DNA from: a virus
Lineage: Duplodnaviria > Caudoviricetes
Strand: one strand, 5' to 3'
DNA: 64,000 bases
Virus record (IMG/VR): IMGVR_UViG_3300011113_000415
Shown here: piece by piece, positions 1 through 9,836 of the stretch
Layout: each line of letters starts with the position of its first letter
How positions within the stretch are numbered: position 1 is the stretch's first letter
Program-made: the position numbers and the translations under genes
The notes under the pieces: model-generated
The model's database searches: none
The model's input: the letters and a program-made list of their open reading frames with translations, nothing else
Told to the model about the DNA's origin: nothing

Positions 1-1
1 G

Positions 2-523
2 GATCCAGGCATTCCAGGTATCACCCGTCCTGATGTGGTGGCAGCATTAAATCTAGACTCTAGCAATCTACCCAACACTGTGCAGGTAGGAAGCATCACA
101 GTGGACGAAGACTATCGTGGTCGCGGCCTGGCCAAGGCCTTGTACGGCATTGTGTTGACCATCATGCGAAAGAATCTTGTGAGTGGTTCCGGTCAAACAC
201 CAGGTGGTCGTAAGAACTGGATGAGCCTGGCCACCATACCCGGAGTCGAAGTTCATGGACTGGTAAGAATTCCCAACCAAATCTTTGACCTAGAACGAAC
301 CGCCACAGTCTCTCCACAATGGAAGAAATACGCTGACCGAACCATGGATCAGATCATGCAACTGGGTGGGCAGTTCTACAGCAAAGATAATAATAGCACG
401 TATTGGTTGTTTGATGTTGTGCCCGGCAAAGGTCAACTACAACCTGCGGTGCGGAATTCACTCAGCCGGTTGTATGGCTATGATGCAGACAACCTGCTGT
501 TGGCCCGTTGGAGTGGAGCATGA
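2..523 (+). CDS. GNAT-like acetyltransferase domain protein (5'-truncated by window edge)
   Basis: Frame open to the window start; GNAT motif A-like VDEDYRGRGLAKALY; TGA overlaps next ATG (ATGA). Confidence 0.6.
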   Translation, partial: DPGIPGITRPDVVAALNLDSSNLPNTVQVGSITVDEDYRGRGLAKALYGIVLTIMRKNLVSGSGQTPGGRKNWMSLATIPGVEVHGLVRIPNQIFDLERTATVSPQWKKYADRTMDQIMQLGGQFYSKDNNSTYWLFDVVPGKGQLQPAVRNSLSRLYGYDADNLLLARWSGA

Positions 524-2475
524 GAGCACGAGAGTTTGTTAGAGAAACTGCTGTGGGGCATATTCTAACCCCACGATTTGAAATTGTAGTGGATGATCAT
601 GCCTTGGAACGTGCCCGAGAACGTGGTGTGGACCCTCAAGCAGTGGATTACATCATCAGGACTCAATTGCCCAAAGTATCACGCAAACTTGATCAAATTG
701 AAGTTAATCAAAAGTTTTGGGTATACGATTGGAGTCGCGAACTGGCCCTGGGCCTGCGTAGACTCAGTAGCACAGAGCCAAGATTTTTATTAAAAACTGT
801 GTGGCCTGGACGACCAGCCCGCACACCCGAAGCAGAACAGATCGTAAGCATCAATGAGTCAGTTGGTGCTGACCAAGTAATTATTTACGCCAATCACAAG
901 GGTGCCACAATAGATGACAGCATCAAGAACAGTCTGCCGGTGACCAACGTACCTGTAGATAAATTACAACTGTGGGAAAAGCATAAATCAATGCAGGACC
1001 CCAAAGTGGCTGACTGGGTCAATGACAAACTTTTACCAGAACTCAAACAAAATGGAAAGTTAAAGCCTTTGCTGGTGTGGAACAACCATGGCAAACTTTT
1101 TGTCATAGATGGCAATCATAGGCTGATAGCATATCAAGAGGCAGGATTCCAAGGCCGTGTGCCCGTACAAATAGTTCCAGACAATATGATTGCTGTTTCC
1201 CAAAAGGTGGCGGAAGGCAAAGAAAACAATGGGATTAGTTTTCAAGTACAAAAAGGAAAAAACAAATTTGCTACTACTTTAAGTATTGGTAGCGACCCAG
1301 TTGGAGTATACCAATATGATGCTGATACTGGTCGTAGCATCGCCGAGGTTTATCCAGAATTCAAAGGCAAAGGATTAGGTAAATTATTAGTTTTACATGC
1401 TATCTATACCGCGGCCAAATTGGGATTAGATTTCCAAGAAGATGAATCAAGAACCTCAGAGTATGACAATGTATTAGATAGCCTGAGTAGTAATGGTTAT
1501 ATTGTAGATGATGAAGGATATTGGTATGTCACAGGCGAAGGTGAACAGTTTCTAAAACAATCATTAAAGCAAGGTGTGGCGGAAAACATGAGTCATGACA
1601 AAGATGGTCGTGCTGTGGAGGAATTAAAATCAGCATTGCTGGCCAAACGTGATCAATTGCAATCAGCCACAGATGATCAAGTGTATGATATCATTGACAA
1701 GATAATGACACGTATTGCTCGTAGCCACAGTATCAGCGGACAAAAACTGCATGACATGTGGGTAGACAAGTATCGGCAAATTCCTGACACCTGGATCATG
1801 AATGAAAAGCAAGGTGTGGCAGCAGCCGTAAAAAATATACCTGTGTCTAAGACTATAAATGAAATAGCAATATCTGGAAGTCAATTGCCTGGCAAATGGA
1901 TATCAAATACAGATTACAATAAAGTGTATGAGTTCGGCACAGGAAAAAATAATTATCGTGCTCAATTCCAGATCGACAATGCTTACAATTATGACGATGA
2001 CGACGATGATGAAGTTGCAGACGGAAAAAGTATGTTTGCTTTTTTCCAGGCACAACTTCCTAACGGCACCTGGACTGATAATATTACAAATATCAATGAG
2101 CCAGACACTTTAAAGATTTATTCTACCATGGCTGGGCTAATACAACAAATTTTAAAATCTCATCCTGAAATTTCCAGTGTCTCTCTGTTTGGTCGTGAGC
2201 GAGTCAACAACATTTATCAGAAATTATTGCAACGTAATATTACCAAAGTTCTTCCAGGTTGGCAAGTTACCAGTCAGGGCATTGAGAGACTTGAACCCAC
2301 AATGGCCGAAAACTTTGCTGATGGCAAGGGCCCGGGTCGTCCAGGTGACAGCCAACGACATGGAATACCTAAAAAAGCCACCATGGCTGAACTGGAAAAA
2401 GCCGCACATGCCAAGGGCCGTAAAGGACAACTGGCCCGGTGGCAACTGAACATGCGACGGGGTAAAAAGAAATGA
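520..2475 (+). CDS. Multidomain putative virion internal polyprotein (ParB/Srx-like, GNAT-like and basic C-terminal modules)
   Basis: Start MRAREFVRE; ParB-like VIDGNHRL; GNAT-like PEFKGKGLGK; modules separated by KVAEG/QGVAE/TMAEN linkers. Confidence 0.6.
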   Translation: MRAREFVRETAVGHILTPRFEIVVDDHALERARERGVDPQAVDYIIRTQLPKVSRKLDQIEVNQKFWVYDWSRELALGLRRLSSTEPRFLLKTVWPGRPARTPEAEQIVSINESVGADQVIIYANHKGATIDDSIKNSLPVTNVPVDKLQLWEKHKSMQDPKVADWVNDKLLPELKQNGKLKPLLVWNNHGKLFVIDGNHRLIAYQEAGFQGRVPVQIVPDNMIAVSQKVAEGKENNGISFQVQKGKNKFATTLSIGSDPVGVYQYDADTGRSIAEVYPEFKGKGLGKLLVLHAIYTAAKLGLDFQEDESRTSEYDNVLDSLSSNGYIVDDEGYWYVTGEGEQFLKQSLKQGVAENMSHDKDGRAVEELKSALLAKRDQLQSATDDQVYDIIDKIMTRIARSHSISGQKLHDMWVDKYRQIPDTWIMNEKQGVAAAVKNIPVSKTINEIAISGSQLPGKWISNTDYNKVYEFGTGKNNYRAQFQIDNAYNYDDDDDDEVADGKSMFAFFQAQLPNGTWTDNITNINEPDTLKIYSTMAGLIQQILKSHPEISSVSLFGRERVNNIYQKLLQRNITKVLPGWQVTSQGIERLEPTMAENFADGKGPGRPGDSQRHGIPKKATMAELEKAAHAKGRKGQLARWQLNMRRGKKK

Positions 2476-2939
2476 AAGTTACAGACGTCATCTTAGAAGC
2501 CTTTGACCAACCCTATGCTTTCAGGTGGGAGAATAATGACGACCTTGACCCTGATCTTGATCCTAGATATGATGCTTTGGCAAGACTACCAGATGGTAGC
2601 AATCTAACAATCAATTTCTACACCGATCCTGGTGTCGACGGCAATGAAGATTGGGTTGTGGAATTTTGGCGCGGGAACCGTCTGGACATTTCCGGAGCCG
2701 GTGATGCTCAGCGTGTGTTTGCCACAGTGCTCACAGCCATTGGCCAATTCATAGAAATGGCCGAACCTGAAACTCTGCGTTTCACAGCCGACAAAGATGT
2801 TGAGCCCGGGCAAAAACCCATGAGCCGAAGCAATCTCTACGACCGACTGGTGCAACGCTATGCTCAGGCCTGGGGTTATAGACTGGATCGCAGTGACATG
2901 GCTGACACCACAGTGTATCTACTGCACAGAATAAGATGA
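2472..2939 (+). CDS. Hypothetical protein, putative head internal protein
   Basis: 155 aa, overlaps neighbour; leader MKVTDVILE; SGAGDAQRVFATV module. Confidence 0.55.
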   Translation: MKVTDVILEAFDQPYAFRWENNDDLDPDLDPRYDALARLPDGSNLTINFYTDPGVDGNEDWVVEFWRGNRLDISGAGDAQRVFATVLTAIGQFIEMAEPETLRFTADKDVEPGQKPMSRSNLYDRLVQRYAQAWGYRLDRSDMADTTVYLLHRIR

Positions 2940-2963
2940 GCGTGGGCAGGGCTAAGTAAGCAT

Positions 2964-3230
2964 ATGAGAGCAGAAGAATTCATCAACGAGAACCTGCGCA
3001 AGTGGTTCAAAGAAAAATGGGTGCGCTTTGGTCCTGACGGTAAAATCCGTGGCGATTGTGCCCGCGGTTCAGATTCAGAAGGCAAACCCAAGTGCCTGCC
3101 ACAAAGCAAGGCACATGCTCTGGGCAAGAAAGGTCGTGCATCAGCCGCCAGTCGCAAACGTCGTCAAGATCCCAACCCTGAACGCAGAGGACCGGCCAAG
3201 AATGTGCCCACCGGAAAGGCCAAATCATGA
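2964..3230 (+). CDS. Small basic hypothetical protein, putative head internal protein
   Basis: Leader MRAEEFINE; K/R-rich; two Cys. Confidence 0.55.
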   Translation: MRAEEFINENLRKWFKEKWVRFGPDGKIRGDCARGSDSEGKPKCLPQSKAHALGKKGRASAASRKRRQDPNPERRGPAKNVPTGKAKS

Positions 3231-3850
3231 TCCTACGTGATTTCTTCACAGAAGCAGCCAACCCTGCTCAGCAGGCTGCCATTGCCATTGCCATGAAAAA
3301 GGCTCACAAGAAGCCCAAGACAGAAGATCAAATGGATGAAGCCTGTTGGAAAGGTGATCATAAAGATGGTATGAAAACCATGTTTGGCAAAAGATATCCC
3401 AACTCTGTGAAGAACAAAAAAACTTCAGAAAATACCATACAAGAGTTTGTTGAAGAAATACTGGGTAAAAAGAATTCAGATGAGATTCGTAGAATTCAAC
3501 AAATGCTCAACAAGAAATTTGGTGCCAATCTGGACGTAGATGGTGTGTTGGGTCCGCTGACCAAACAGTCAATCCAAAAGTTTTTGCCTGACGCTGATAC
3601 TGCACCGGCACCCAGGCCCGAGCGCACCACAGCCGTTCAAGGTCTTAAGAAAAAATCAGTAGCAGAACAACAGTGCCCTGAATGTGGCGGCCCTATGTTC
3701 AGTGAGTTGATGATAAATGAAAAGCAAGATGCTTGCTACTACAAAGTAAAATCGAGATACAAAGTATGGCCTTCGGCCTATGCATCAGGAGCACTAGTTC
3801 AGTGTCGTAAAAAAGGTGCTGCCAACTGGGGCAACAAGAGCAAAAAATGA
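3227..3850 (+). CDS. Modular hypothetical protein with a peptidoglycan-binding-like segment
   Basis: Leader MILRDFFTE; IRRIQQMLN...LDVDGVLGPLT resembles PG-binding repeats; C-terminal DACYYKVKSRYKVWPSAYASG module. Confidence 0.5.
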   Translation: MILRDFFTEAANPAQQAAIAIAMKKAHKKPKTEDQMDEACWKGDHKDGMKTMFGKRYPNSVKNKKTSENTIQEFVEEILGKKNSDEIRRIQQMLNKKFGANLDVDGVLGPLTKQSIQKFLPDADTAPAPRPERTTAVQGLKKKSVAEQQCPECGGPMFSELMINEKQDACYYKVKSRYKVWPSAYASGALVQCRKKGAANWGNKSKK

Positions 3851-4149
3851 CTGCAGAGCATGTGCTGGTCAAAGCCGATGTCTACTGTGACTGGCAGGAT
3901 CAACCGCCTGTTTATAGACTGTGGGTAGGTGATGAGTTGTTCACTGAACGAACATACATTTGGCAAGAGCAATATCTAGAAGAGTTAATTCCTGTGTATG
4001 CCCGTCCAGGCAAATACGAAATACGCTATGAATTGGTGCCACCCAGCGAGGGTACTATAACTGTAAAAAACATGCGTGTGGATCAGGGGCCGCCTGGCAC
4101 AAGAATAAAGAATACAACGCTAAGGATATATCCCCATGAGAGCACGTGA
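3847..4149 (+). CDS. Hypothetical protein
   Basis: 100-aa ORF translationally coupled to neighbours. Confidence 0.55.
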   Translation: MTAEHVLVKADVYCDWQDQPPVYRLWVGDELFTERTYIWQEQYLEELIPVYARPGKYEIRYELVPPSEGTITVKNMRVDQGPPGTRIKNTTLRIYPHEST

Positions 4150-4348
4150 AATCTTAGAAAATGCGTCTGCTACCACCTCAAGTGCAGGCAGTATAGCCAC
4201 TATATCCCAGCCCTTGGGCATGGTCTCAAGATCAGGCGGAAGTATGTTAAGTGGTAAATATACTACAGACCCTACGCCTAACACGCCCCGGGAATACAAA
4301 AGGAATCGAAATGCTCGCGGACAGTTTAAAAACTCTATTAGCAACTAA
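4136..4348 (+). CDS. Small hypothetical protein with head-targeting-like leader
   Basis: Leader MRAREILE; S/T/G-rich. Confidence 0.45.
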   Translation: MRAREILENASATTSSAGSIATISQPLGMVSRSGGSMLSGKYTTDPTPNTPREYKRNRNARGQFKNSISN

Positions 4349-4751
4349 TTTTGCTTACTATTTGAAAGCCCATGGCTTCCACTGGAATGTAGAAGGACCA
4401 GACTTCAGCGAACTGCATGGTTTCTTTCAAGAGATATATGAAGATGCTTACTCAGCAATTGATCCCACAGCAGAATACATCCGCTACCTAGGTGAATACT
4501 CGCCTGCAAGTTTTGAACGTTTTGGCGAACTCACTGAGATCTCAGGACGAACAAATATTCCCCGTGCTCGACTCATGTTGGAAGAACTCAAGGCCAACAA
4601 TGATCAGATGATAGACGTGTTGAATCGTTGTTTTGCAGAAGCCAATGACACCAACGAACAAGGCATCGCTAACTTCGTTGCAGAACGACTCAGTGCTCAC
4701 GGCAAATATCGTTGGCAATTGACCAGTTATTTGAAAGTTGAACGAGCATGA
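4311..4751 (+). CDS. dps: Dps-family ferritin-like DNA protection protein
   Basis: YYLKAHGFHWNVEGPDFSELHGFFQEIYE and HGKYRWQL motifs; ATG at 4311 after AGGA. Confidence 0.85.
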   Translation: MLADSLKTLLATNFAYYLKAHGFHWNVEGPDFSELHGFFQEIYEDAYSAIDPTAEYIRYLGEYSPASFERFGELTEISGRTNIPRARLMLEELKANNDQMIDVLNRCFAEANDTNEQGIANFVAERLSAHGKYRWQLTSYLKVERA

Positions 4752-5425
4752 GTGACGATATCTACAGCATCCTCCACCGCCTGGACTTGATTGAGGGAAA
4801 AATTACTCCCGCCACAGTCAAAAAAGGCCTGAACGCACAACAGAAGTCAGTGCCACAGATGCCGGCACTGTTCAAAATGCCCAAGCAAGGTGCTGTGCTG
4901 GGTGGCGATCCCAACAAGAAAGCAAGTTCGGCTGGTTACATGTTTGGTGATGATGTAGAAGTGGGCCAAATGCCCTTGGCAGAGACCATGGCCGAGATTG
5001 AAGAAGACATGATCAGCAAGGTCAAGAAAGACCTCACACACTATCTAGATCAACTGGCAGACAAAGTCAAAATAGATCAAGACCTCAAAGACAAAGCAGT
5101 CCGAGACATCGAAGATGACGATCCCACAGATCCTGACCGCCAAGAAGAAGATGCGGAAGTAGATGAGATGCATGGCACACAAGGCCAAATCTCCACCATA
5201 CCAGAACCTGCAACATCACCTGTAAAAACTATTCCGTTAGAAGATGGCACAGTGCTGGAAATACACGGTGACCAACGGCGTGGGTTTACCATTCACGCAG
5301 GCGGCCGTAGCATGCCTTCACGGTTTCGAGAACTAGATGAAGCCGAAATGGCAGTGAATCTATACCGTGCTAGACGTCCGGCTGCTCGGCCAGACTCTAA
5401 TCCGGACTACGTGGAAGAAGCATAA
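4748..5425 (+). CDS. Hypothetical acidic protein
   Basis: 225-aa ORF, coupled overlaps. Confidence 0.55.
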   Translation: MSDDIYSILHRLDLIEGKITPATVKKGLNAQQKSVPQMPALFKMPKQGAVLGGDPNKKASSAGYMFGDDVEVGQMPLAETMAEIEEDMISKVKKDLTHYLDQLADKVKIDQDLKDKAVRDIEDDDPTDPDRQEEDAEVDEMHGTQGQISTIPEPATSPVKTIPLEDGTVLEIHGDQRRGFTIHAGGRSMPSRFRELDEAEMAVNLYRARRPAARPDSNPDYVEEA

Positions 5426-6402
5426 TGATACTGAACGAATTTTTTAATTTACCCCAAGTGTTTGAAAAGGACATGACCGAAGTTCAAAGTCAGCATACTG
5501 ACATGACTGTGGCACAACAAGTATTCAAAGACAATCCCAACATTGACCACGAAGATGACATATTGAATGCGGCATTTCCCTATGTGGTCGAACTAGTCGG
5601 CAGTCGCAAACGTGCCAACTACATGTTCAACTACGATGAAGACTTCCCCAGTGATTTGATCGGTGCCTATAGATATCTACAAAGAGACCAACATGATGTG
5701 GGCTTGGAGGAAGGCGAACCTGGCGACCTAGAACACGAATTAGAAAAGCAAGATTATCAGCGCAGACAACAGCGTGATAGTGATGCAGAAAAAGAATTAA
5801 ACAAACAGCAAGGTGTGGCGGAAGGCACGGATGAACTAGCAAAACAATATGGTTGGGCATACAATCAAGGCGAGTACGGAGCATCAATGACGCATCCAAA
5901 ACACGGTCGCATTTCGCTTAGTTCTCCAATTACCAGTAGAAGCGGAGATACCGCAGTTGAACGTGAGTGGACACATAATAATGCCAGTGGTGTTGGTGAT
6001 AGATCATTAGCACAGCATTTGCAAAGTTTGAAAGAGCAAGATGTGGCAGAAGGCATCTTTGGCTCTAAGCCAAATCCGGTGCTTCCCTTAGTTGACAAAA
6101 TTGCCAAGTTGGCCGGAGGACTCACTCCACAAAACGTTGAAGTTGGTAAACAAATTATTCAGGCCAATGTTAGAAATATCCAACGCATGTTGAGCCCACA
6201 AATCAAACCCGGTGTTGAGATTATCGAAGCCAAAGGCGACTATGTGCCACCTAAAGAAGCCGACTATGGTCCAGAATATCAGGCCATGGTAAAACGTGTG
6301 GGTCAAAAGGCCCGAGCACAAGAAAAAGCCAAACAACAACCGCCAAAAGCACCTGTGCGTGAAAGCCGTCTAGCATTGTTGAAACACATCATCCAATCAT
6401 AA
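5425..6402 (+). CDS. Modular putative head internal polyprotein
   Basis: Leader MILNEFF; QGVAEG and QDVAEG linkers separating modules. Confidence 0.55.
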   Translation: MILNEFFNLPQVFEKDMTEVQSQHTDMTVAQQVFKDNPNIDHEDDILNAAFPYVVELVGSRKRANYMFNYDEDFPSDLIGAYRYLQRDQHDVGLEEGEPGDLEHELEKQDYQRRQQRDSDAEKELNKQQGVAEGTDELAKQYGWAYNQGEYGASMTHPKHGRISLSSPITSRSGDTAVEREWTHNNASGVGDRSLAQHLQSLKEQDVAEGIFGSKPNPVLPLVDKIAKLAGGLTPQNVEVGKQIIQANVRNIQRMLSPQIKPGVEIIEAKGDYVPPKEADYGPEYQAMVKRVGQKARAQEKAKQQPPKAPVRESRLALLKHIIQS

Positions 6403-6480
6403 GAACACACCTACCTTAGGACCGTGTGGCCCGGCTGCTGGGCGTGGAAAGCAATTCGCTACTGTGATCCGCAAGTGAGC
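6403..6480 (+). ncRNA. Candidate small structured RNA (unassigned)
   Basis: Intergenic; CACAC/GTGTG, GCCC/GGGC, GTGG/CTAC hairpins, then T-rich tract. Confidence 0.3.
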
Positions 6481-6500
6481 ATTTTTCTTTTCCAAACCCA

Positions 6501-6529
6501 TTGCTTTCGTCAACACATCAGTATATAAT
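6501..6529 (+). promoter_or_regulatory. Sigma70-type promoter
   Basis: TTGCTT-17-TATAAT. Confidence 0.55.
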
Positions 6530-6548
6530 ACATGATCAAGGAGAACAC

Positions 6549-6815
6549 ATGAGCGATTACACCAGAACATTCAATGGGGAGGCCAAGGCCAAACTCACAC
6601 AATTATTCAACGAAGGCACCCAAGTACTTCACGAGATCGAAACACTCAGTGAAGGCCTCAATGACACCATCAAGGCCATTGCTGAAGAATTGGAAATCAA
6701 ACCTGCCACGCTGAAGAAAGCAATCAAGATTGCTCACAAGGCCAAACTGGGCGAGACCAATCGAGATCATGACGAGTTAAACACTATCTTGGAAACTGTA
6801 GGCAAGACACTTTGA
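6549..6815 (+). CDS. Small dsDNA-binding protein (T4 DsbA/GapR-like)
   Basis: Helical 88-aa protein with IKAIAEELEIKPATLKKAIK; next to replication genes. Confidence 0.5.
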   Translation: MSDYTRTFNGEAKAKLTQLFNEGTQVLHEIETLSEGLNDTIKAIAEELEIKPATLKKAIKIAHKAKLGETNRDHDELNTILETVGKTL

Positions 6816-7120
6816 GTCAAACCTTTCGAGAATGGCGCAGTTCGGTTGCGGACTATGTTCGAGCCGACTACCGCGAATATCCCTTGCGCTTCTGCTTGGA
6901 GATGTTGGGGTGGGTCATAAGCATTGGTTGTAGTTTAACCTATGCCATTACAGTGCCCAACTTGCCATTCATACCCTTGTATGCGGCATTTATCACAGGA
7001 TGCTTAATCATGGCCTGGTGCGCTTACACACGGGGCAGTTTTGGTATCCTGGGCAACTATTTGATACTAAGTATTATTGACAGCACAGGGCTGATAAAAT
7101 TGCTGATACAAGGCAATTGA
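6812..7120 (+). CDS. Small membrane protein
   Basis: Three hydrophobic segments. Confidence 0.55.
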   Translation: MSQTFREWRSSVADYVRADYREYPLRFCLEMLGWVISIGCSLTYAITVPNLPFIPLYAAFITGCLIMAWCAYTRGSFGILGNYLILSIIDSTGLIKLLIQGN

Positions 7121-7175
7121 GAGTCGTTCACTTTAAGAACATGAATCATGGCCAACCAGCCACAAATGGAGACAG

Positions 7176-9836
7176 ATGAGTTATATTGACGCTTTATTTG
7201 ATCGTGAGCACGATCGTATTCACATTGTAGAACGCCGCAATGGCGAACGAGTATATAGAGAGTATCCTGCTAACTATATTTTTTACTATGATGATCCTAG
7301 AGGCAAGTTCCAAAGTATCTATGGCACACCCGTATCAAGATTTTCTACACGCAACAACAAAGAGTTCCGCAAGGAAGTCCGCGTTCACAGCCACAAGCCG
7401 CTTTATGAAAGCGATATCAACCCAATCTTTAGGTGCCTTGAAGAAAACTACAAAGACCAAGATGCGCCTGAACTTCACACAGCGTTTTTTGACATTGAGG
7501 TGGCGTTTGATCAAGATCGCGGCTTCTCACCGGTATCAGACCCTTTTAATCCCATTACTGCGATTTCAGTCTATCTCGACTGGTTAGATCAACTGGTAAC
7601 ACTTGCTGTGCCGCCCAAGAGCATGACCTGGGCCACAGCACAGGATCTTGTGGCTGACTTTGAGAACACCATCTTGTTTGAGCAAGAGTCAGAAATGATC
7701 AAGACCTTCTTGGACTTGATTGAAGACGCAGACATTTTGACAGGTTGGAACTCAGAAGGCTATGATATTCCCTACACCATCAACAGAGCCACACGAGTGT
7801 TATCAAAAGATGACACACGACGTTTTTGTTTGTGGAACCAACTGCCCAAGAAGCGCATGTTCGAACGCTTTGGCGCCGAAAACGAAACCTATGACTTGAT
7901 TGGTCGTGTGCATATGGACTATATGCAACTGTATCGCAAATACACTTATGAAGAACGTCACAGTTATAGTTTAGATGCTATCTCAGAATATGAACTGGGT
8001 GAACGCAAGACACAGTTCGAAGGCACACTAGACAGTTTATACAACCAACACTTCCGGACGTTTATTGAATACAATCGTCAAGATACTATGCTTATTGCCA
8101 AGATGGACAAGAAGTTGCGCTTCTTGGAATTGGCCAATGAATTGGCTCACGCCAATACCGTGCTACTGCAAACCACAATGGGAGCGGTGGCTGTAACTGA
8201 ACAGGCAATTATCAATGAAGCACATGAACGTGGAATGGTTGTGCCCAACCGCAAACAAAGACTCACAGACGAAGACACACAGGCGGCAGGTGCCTATGTT
8301 GCTTATCCCAAAAAAGGTGTCCACGAATGGATTGGATCAGTTGACATCAACAGTCTCTATCCCTCGGCTATTCGTGCGCTCAACATGGGGCCAGAAACCA
8401 TTGTAGGACAACTGCGTCCTGTGATGACTGATCGACTGATCAAAGACAACATGGCCAAGGGTCAGAGTTTTGCGGCTGCATGGGAAGGCGTGTTTGCCAG
8501 TTTAGAATATACCTCAGTGTTGAATCAAGAGCGTGGCACAGAGATCACCATAGACTGGCAGTCGGGTGAGGAGACTGTGCATTCAGGTGCTGAAATATGG
8601 CACATGATGTTTGATTCAAATCAACCCTGGATACTCAGTGCCAACGGAACTATCTTTACCTATGAAAAGAAAGGTATCATTCCTGGCTTGCTGGAACGTT
8701 GGTATAGTGAACGCAAAGAACTACAGGCCAAGAAGAAGGATGCAAAAGATGCCAAAGAAATTGCTTTCTGGGACAAACGCCAGTTGGTTAAAAAGATTAA
8801 CCTCAACAGTCTCTACGGGGCTATTCTTAACCCGGGCTGTAGGTTCTTTGACAAACGTATTGGACAGTCAACAACACTTACTGGTCGTTCAATTGCCCGG
8901 CACATGGACGCTCATCTTAATGAGTGTATCACAGGCGAATACGACCATGTGGGCCAAGCAGTTATATATGGTGACACAGACTCGTGTTATTTCAGTGCGT
9001 GGCCGGTCCTCAAGAAAGAAGTCGAAGAAGGCAGGATGGCGTGGTCGAAAGAAGCGTGTATTCAACTGTATGACAGCCTTGCTGAACAAGTCAACGAAAG
9101 TTTCCCAGCCTTCATGGAACAGGCATTCCATTGTCCCCGAGACATGGGTTCACTGATCAAGTGCGGTCGTGAAACTGTTGCGGATCGTGGATTGTTCATT
9201 ACCAAGAAGCGTTATGCTGTGAATGCCATCGACATTGAAGGCAAACGACTGGACGTGAATGGCTCAATCGGCAAGACCAAGGCCACAGGGCTTGACCTTA
9301 AACGCTCAGATACGCCCAAAGTTATTCAAGAGTTCCTGTTAGAAATTCTAAATAAACTACTATCTGGTGCAGGTCGAGATGAGATTGTGGAACGTATTCG
9401 TGCGTTCAAGTATGAGTTTATGGAGCGTCCAGGTTGGGAGAAAGGATCACCCAAGCGTGTGAACAATTTGACCAAGTATGGTGCTGAAGAAGCCAGACTG
9501 GGCAAAGCCAACATGCCAGGACATGTGCGAGCCGCACTGAACTGGAATCAGATGAAAAAAATGAATGGGGACAACTACTCAATGCAGATTGTGGATGGTA
9601 TGAAAACTATTGTGTGCAAACTCAAAAGCAATGCACTTGGGTGGACCAGCATTGGCTATCCCACAGATGAGCAACGTCTGCCCACTTGGTTCACTGAACT
9701 ACCATTTGATGATGGCCTTATGGAAGCAACCGTAGTAGATCAAAAGGTTGACAACTTGTTGGGCGTGTTGGATTGGGATCTTGCAAGTGCAACCAACACA
9801 GAAAACACATTTACTAATTTGTTTGAATTCGAATGA
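7176..9836 (+). CDS. polB: Family B DNA polymerase (T4 gp43-like)
   Basis: Exonuclease DIEV, WNSEGYD; polymerase DINSLYPS, KINLNSLYG, YGDTDS, KKRY. Confidence 0.97.
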   Translation: MSYIDALFDREHDRIHIVERRNGERVYREYPANYIFYYDDPRGKFQSIYGTPVSRFSTRNNKEFRKEVRVHSHKPLYESDINPIFRCLEENYKDQDAPELHTAFFDIEVAFDQDRGFSPVSDPFNPITAISVYLDWLDQLVTLAVPPKSMTWATAQDLVADFENTILFEQESEMIKTFLDLIEDADILTGWNSEGYDIPYTINRATRVLSKDDTRRFCLWNQLPKKRMFERFGAENETYDLIGRVHMDYMQLYRKYTYEERHSYSLDAISEYELGERKTQFEGTLDSLYNQHFRTFIEYNRQDTMLIAKMDKKLRFLELANELAHANTVLLQTTMGAVAVTEQAIINEAHERGMVVPNRKQRLTDEDTQAAGAYVAYPKKGVHEWIGSVDINSLYPSAIRALNMGPETIVGQLRPVMTDRLIKDNMAKGQSFAAAWEGVFASLEYTSVLNQERGTEITIDWQSGEETVHSGAEIWHMMFDSNQPWILSANGTIFTYEKKGIIPGLLERWYSERKELQAKKKDAKDAKEIAFWDKRQLVKKINLNSLYGAILNPGCRFFDKRIGQSTTLTGRSIARHMDAHLNECITGEYDHVGQAVIYGDTDSCYFSAWPVLKKEVEEGRMAWSKEACIQLYDSLAEQVNESFPAFMEQAFHCPRDMGSLIKCGRETVADRGLFITKKRYAVNAIDIEGKRLDVNGSIGKTKATGLDLKRSDTPKVIQEFLLEILNKLLSGAGRDEIVERIRAFKYEFMERPGWEKGSPKRVNNLTKYGAEEARLGKANMPGHVRAALNWNQMKKMNGDNYSMQIVDGMKTIVCKLKSNALGWTSIGYPTDEQRLPTWFTELPFDDGLMEATVVDQKVDNLLGVLDWDLASATNTENTFTNLFEFE

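Larger units (their letters stand above)
1204..6054 (+). repeat. Dispersed in-frame linker repeat AGCAAGGTGTGGCGGAAGGC (Q-G-V-A-E-G)
   Basis: Copies at 1204-1218 (partial), 1567-1584, 1807-1824, 5806-5826, 6034-6054; same codons reused in two different genes. Confidence 0.8.

Noticed and set aside
1991-2012. GATGAC trinucleotide run
   Set aside because: It simply encodes a poly-Asp stretch.
7176-9836. Intein or intron in the polymerase
   Set aside because: 886 aa with contiguous motifs at normal spacing.
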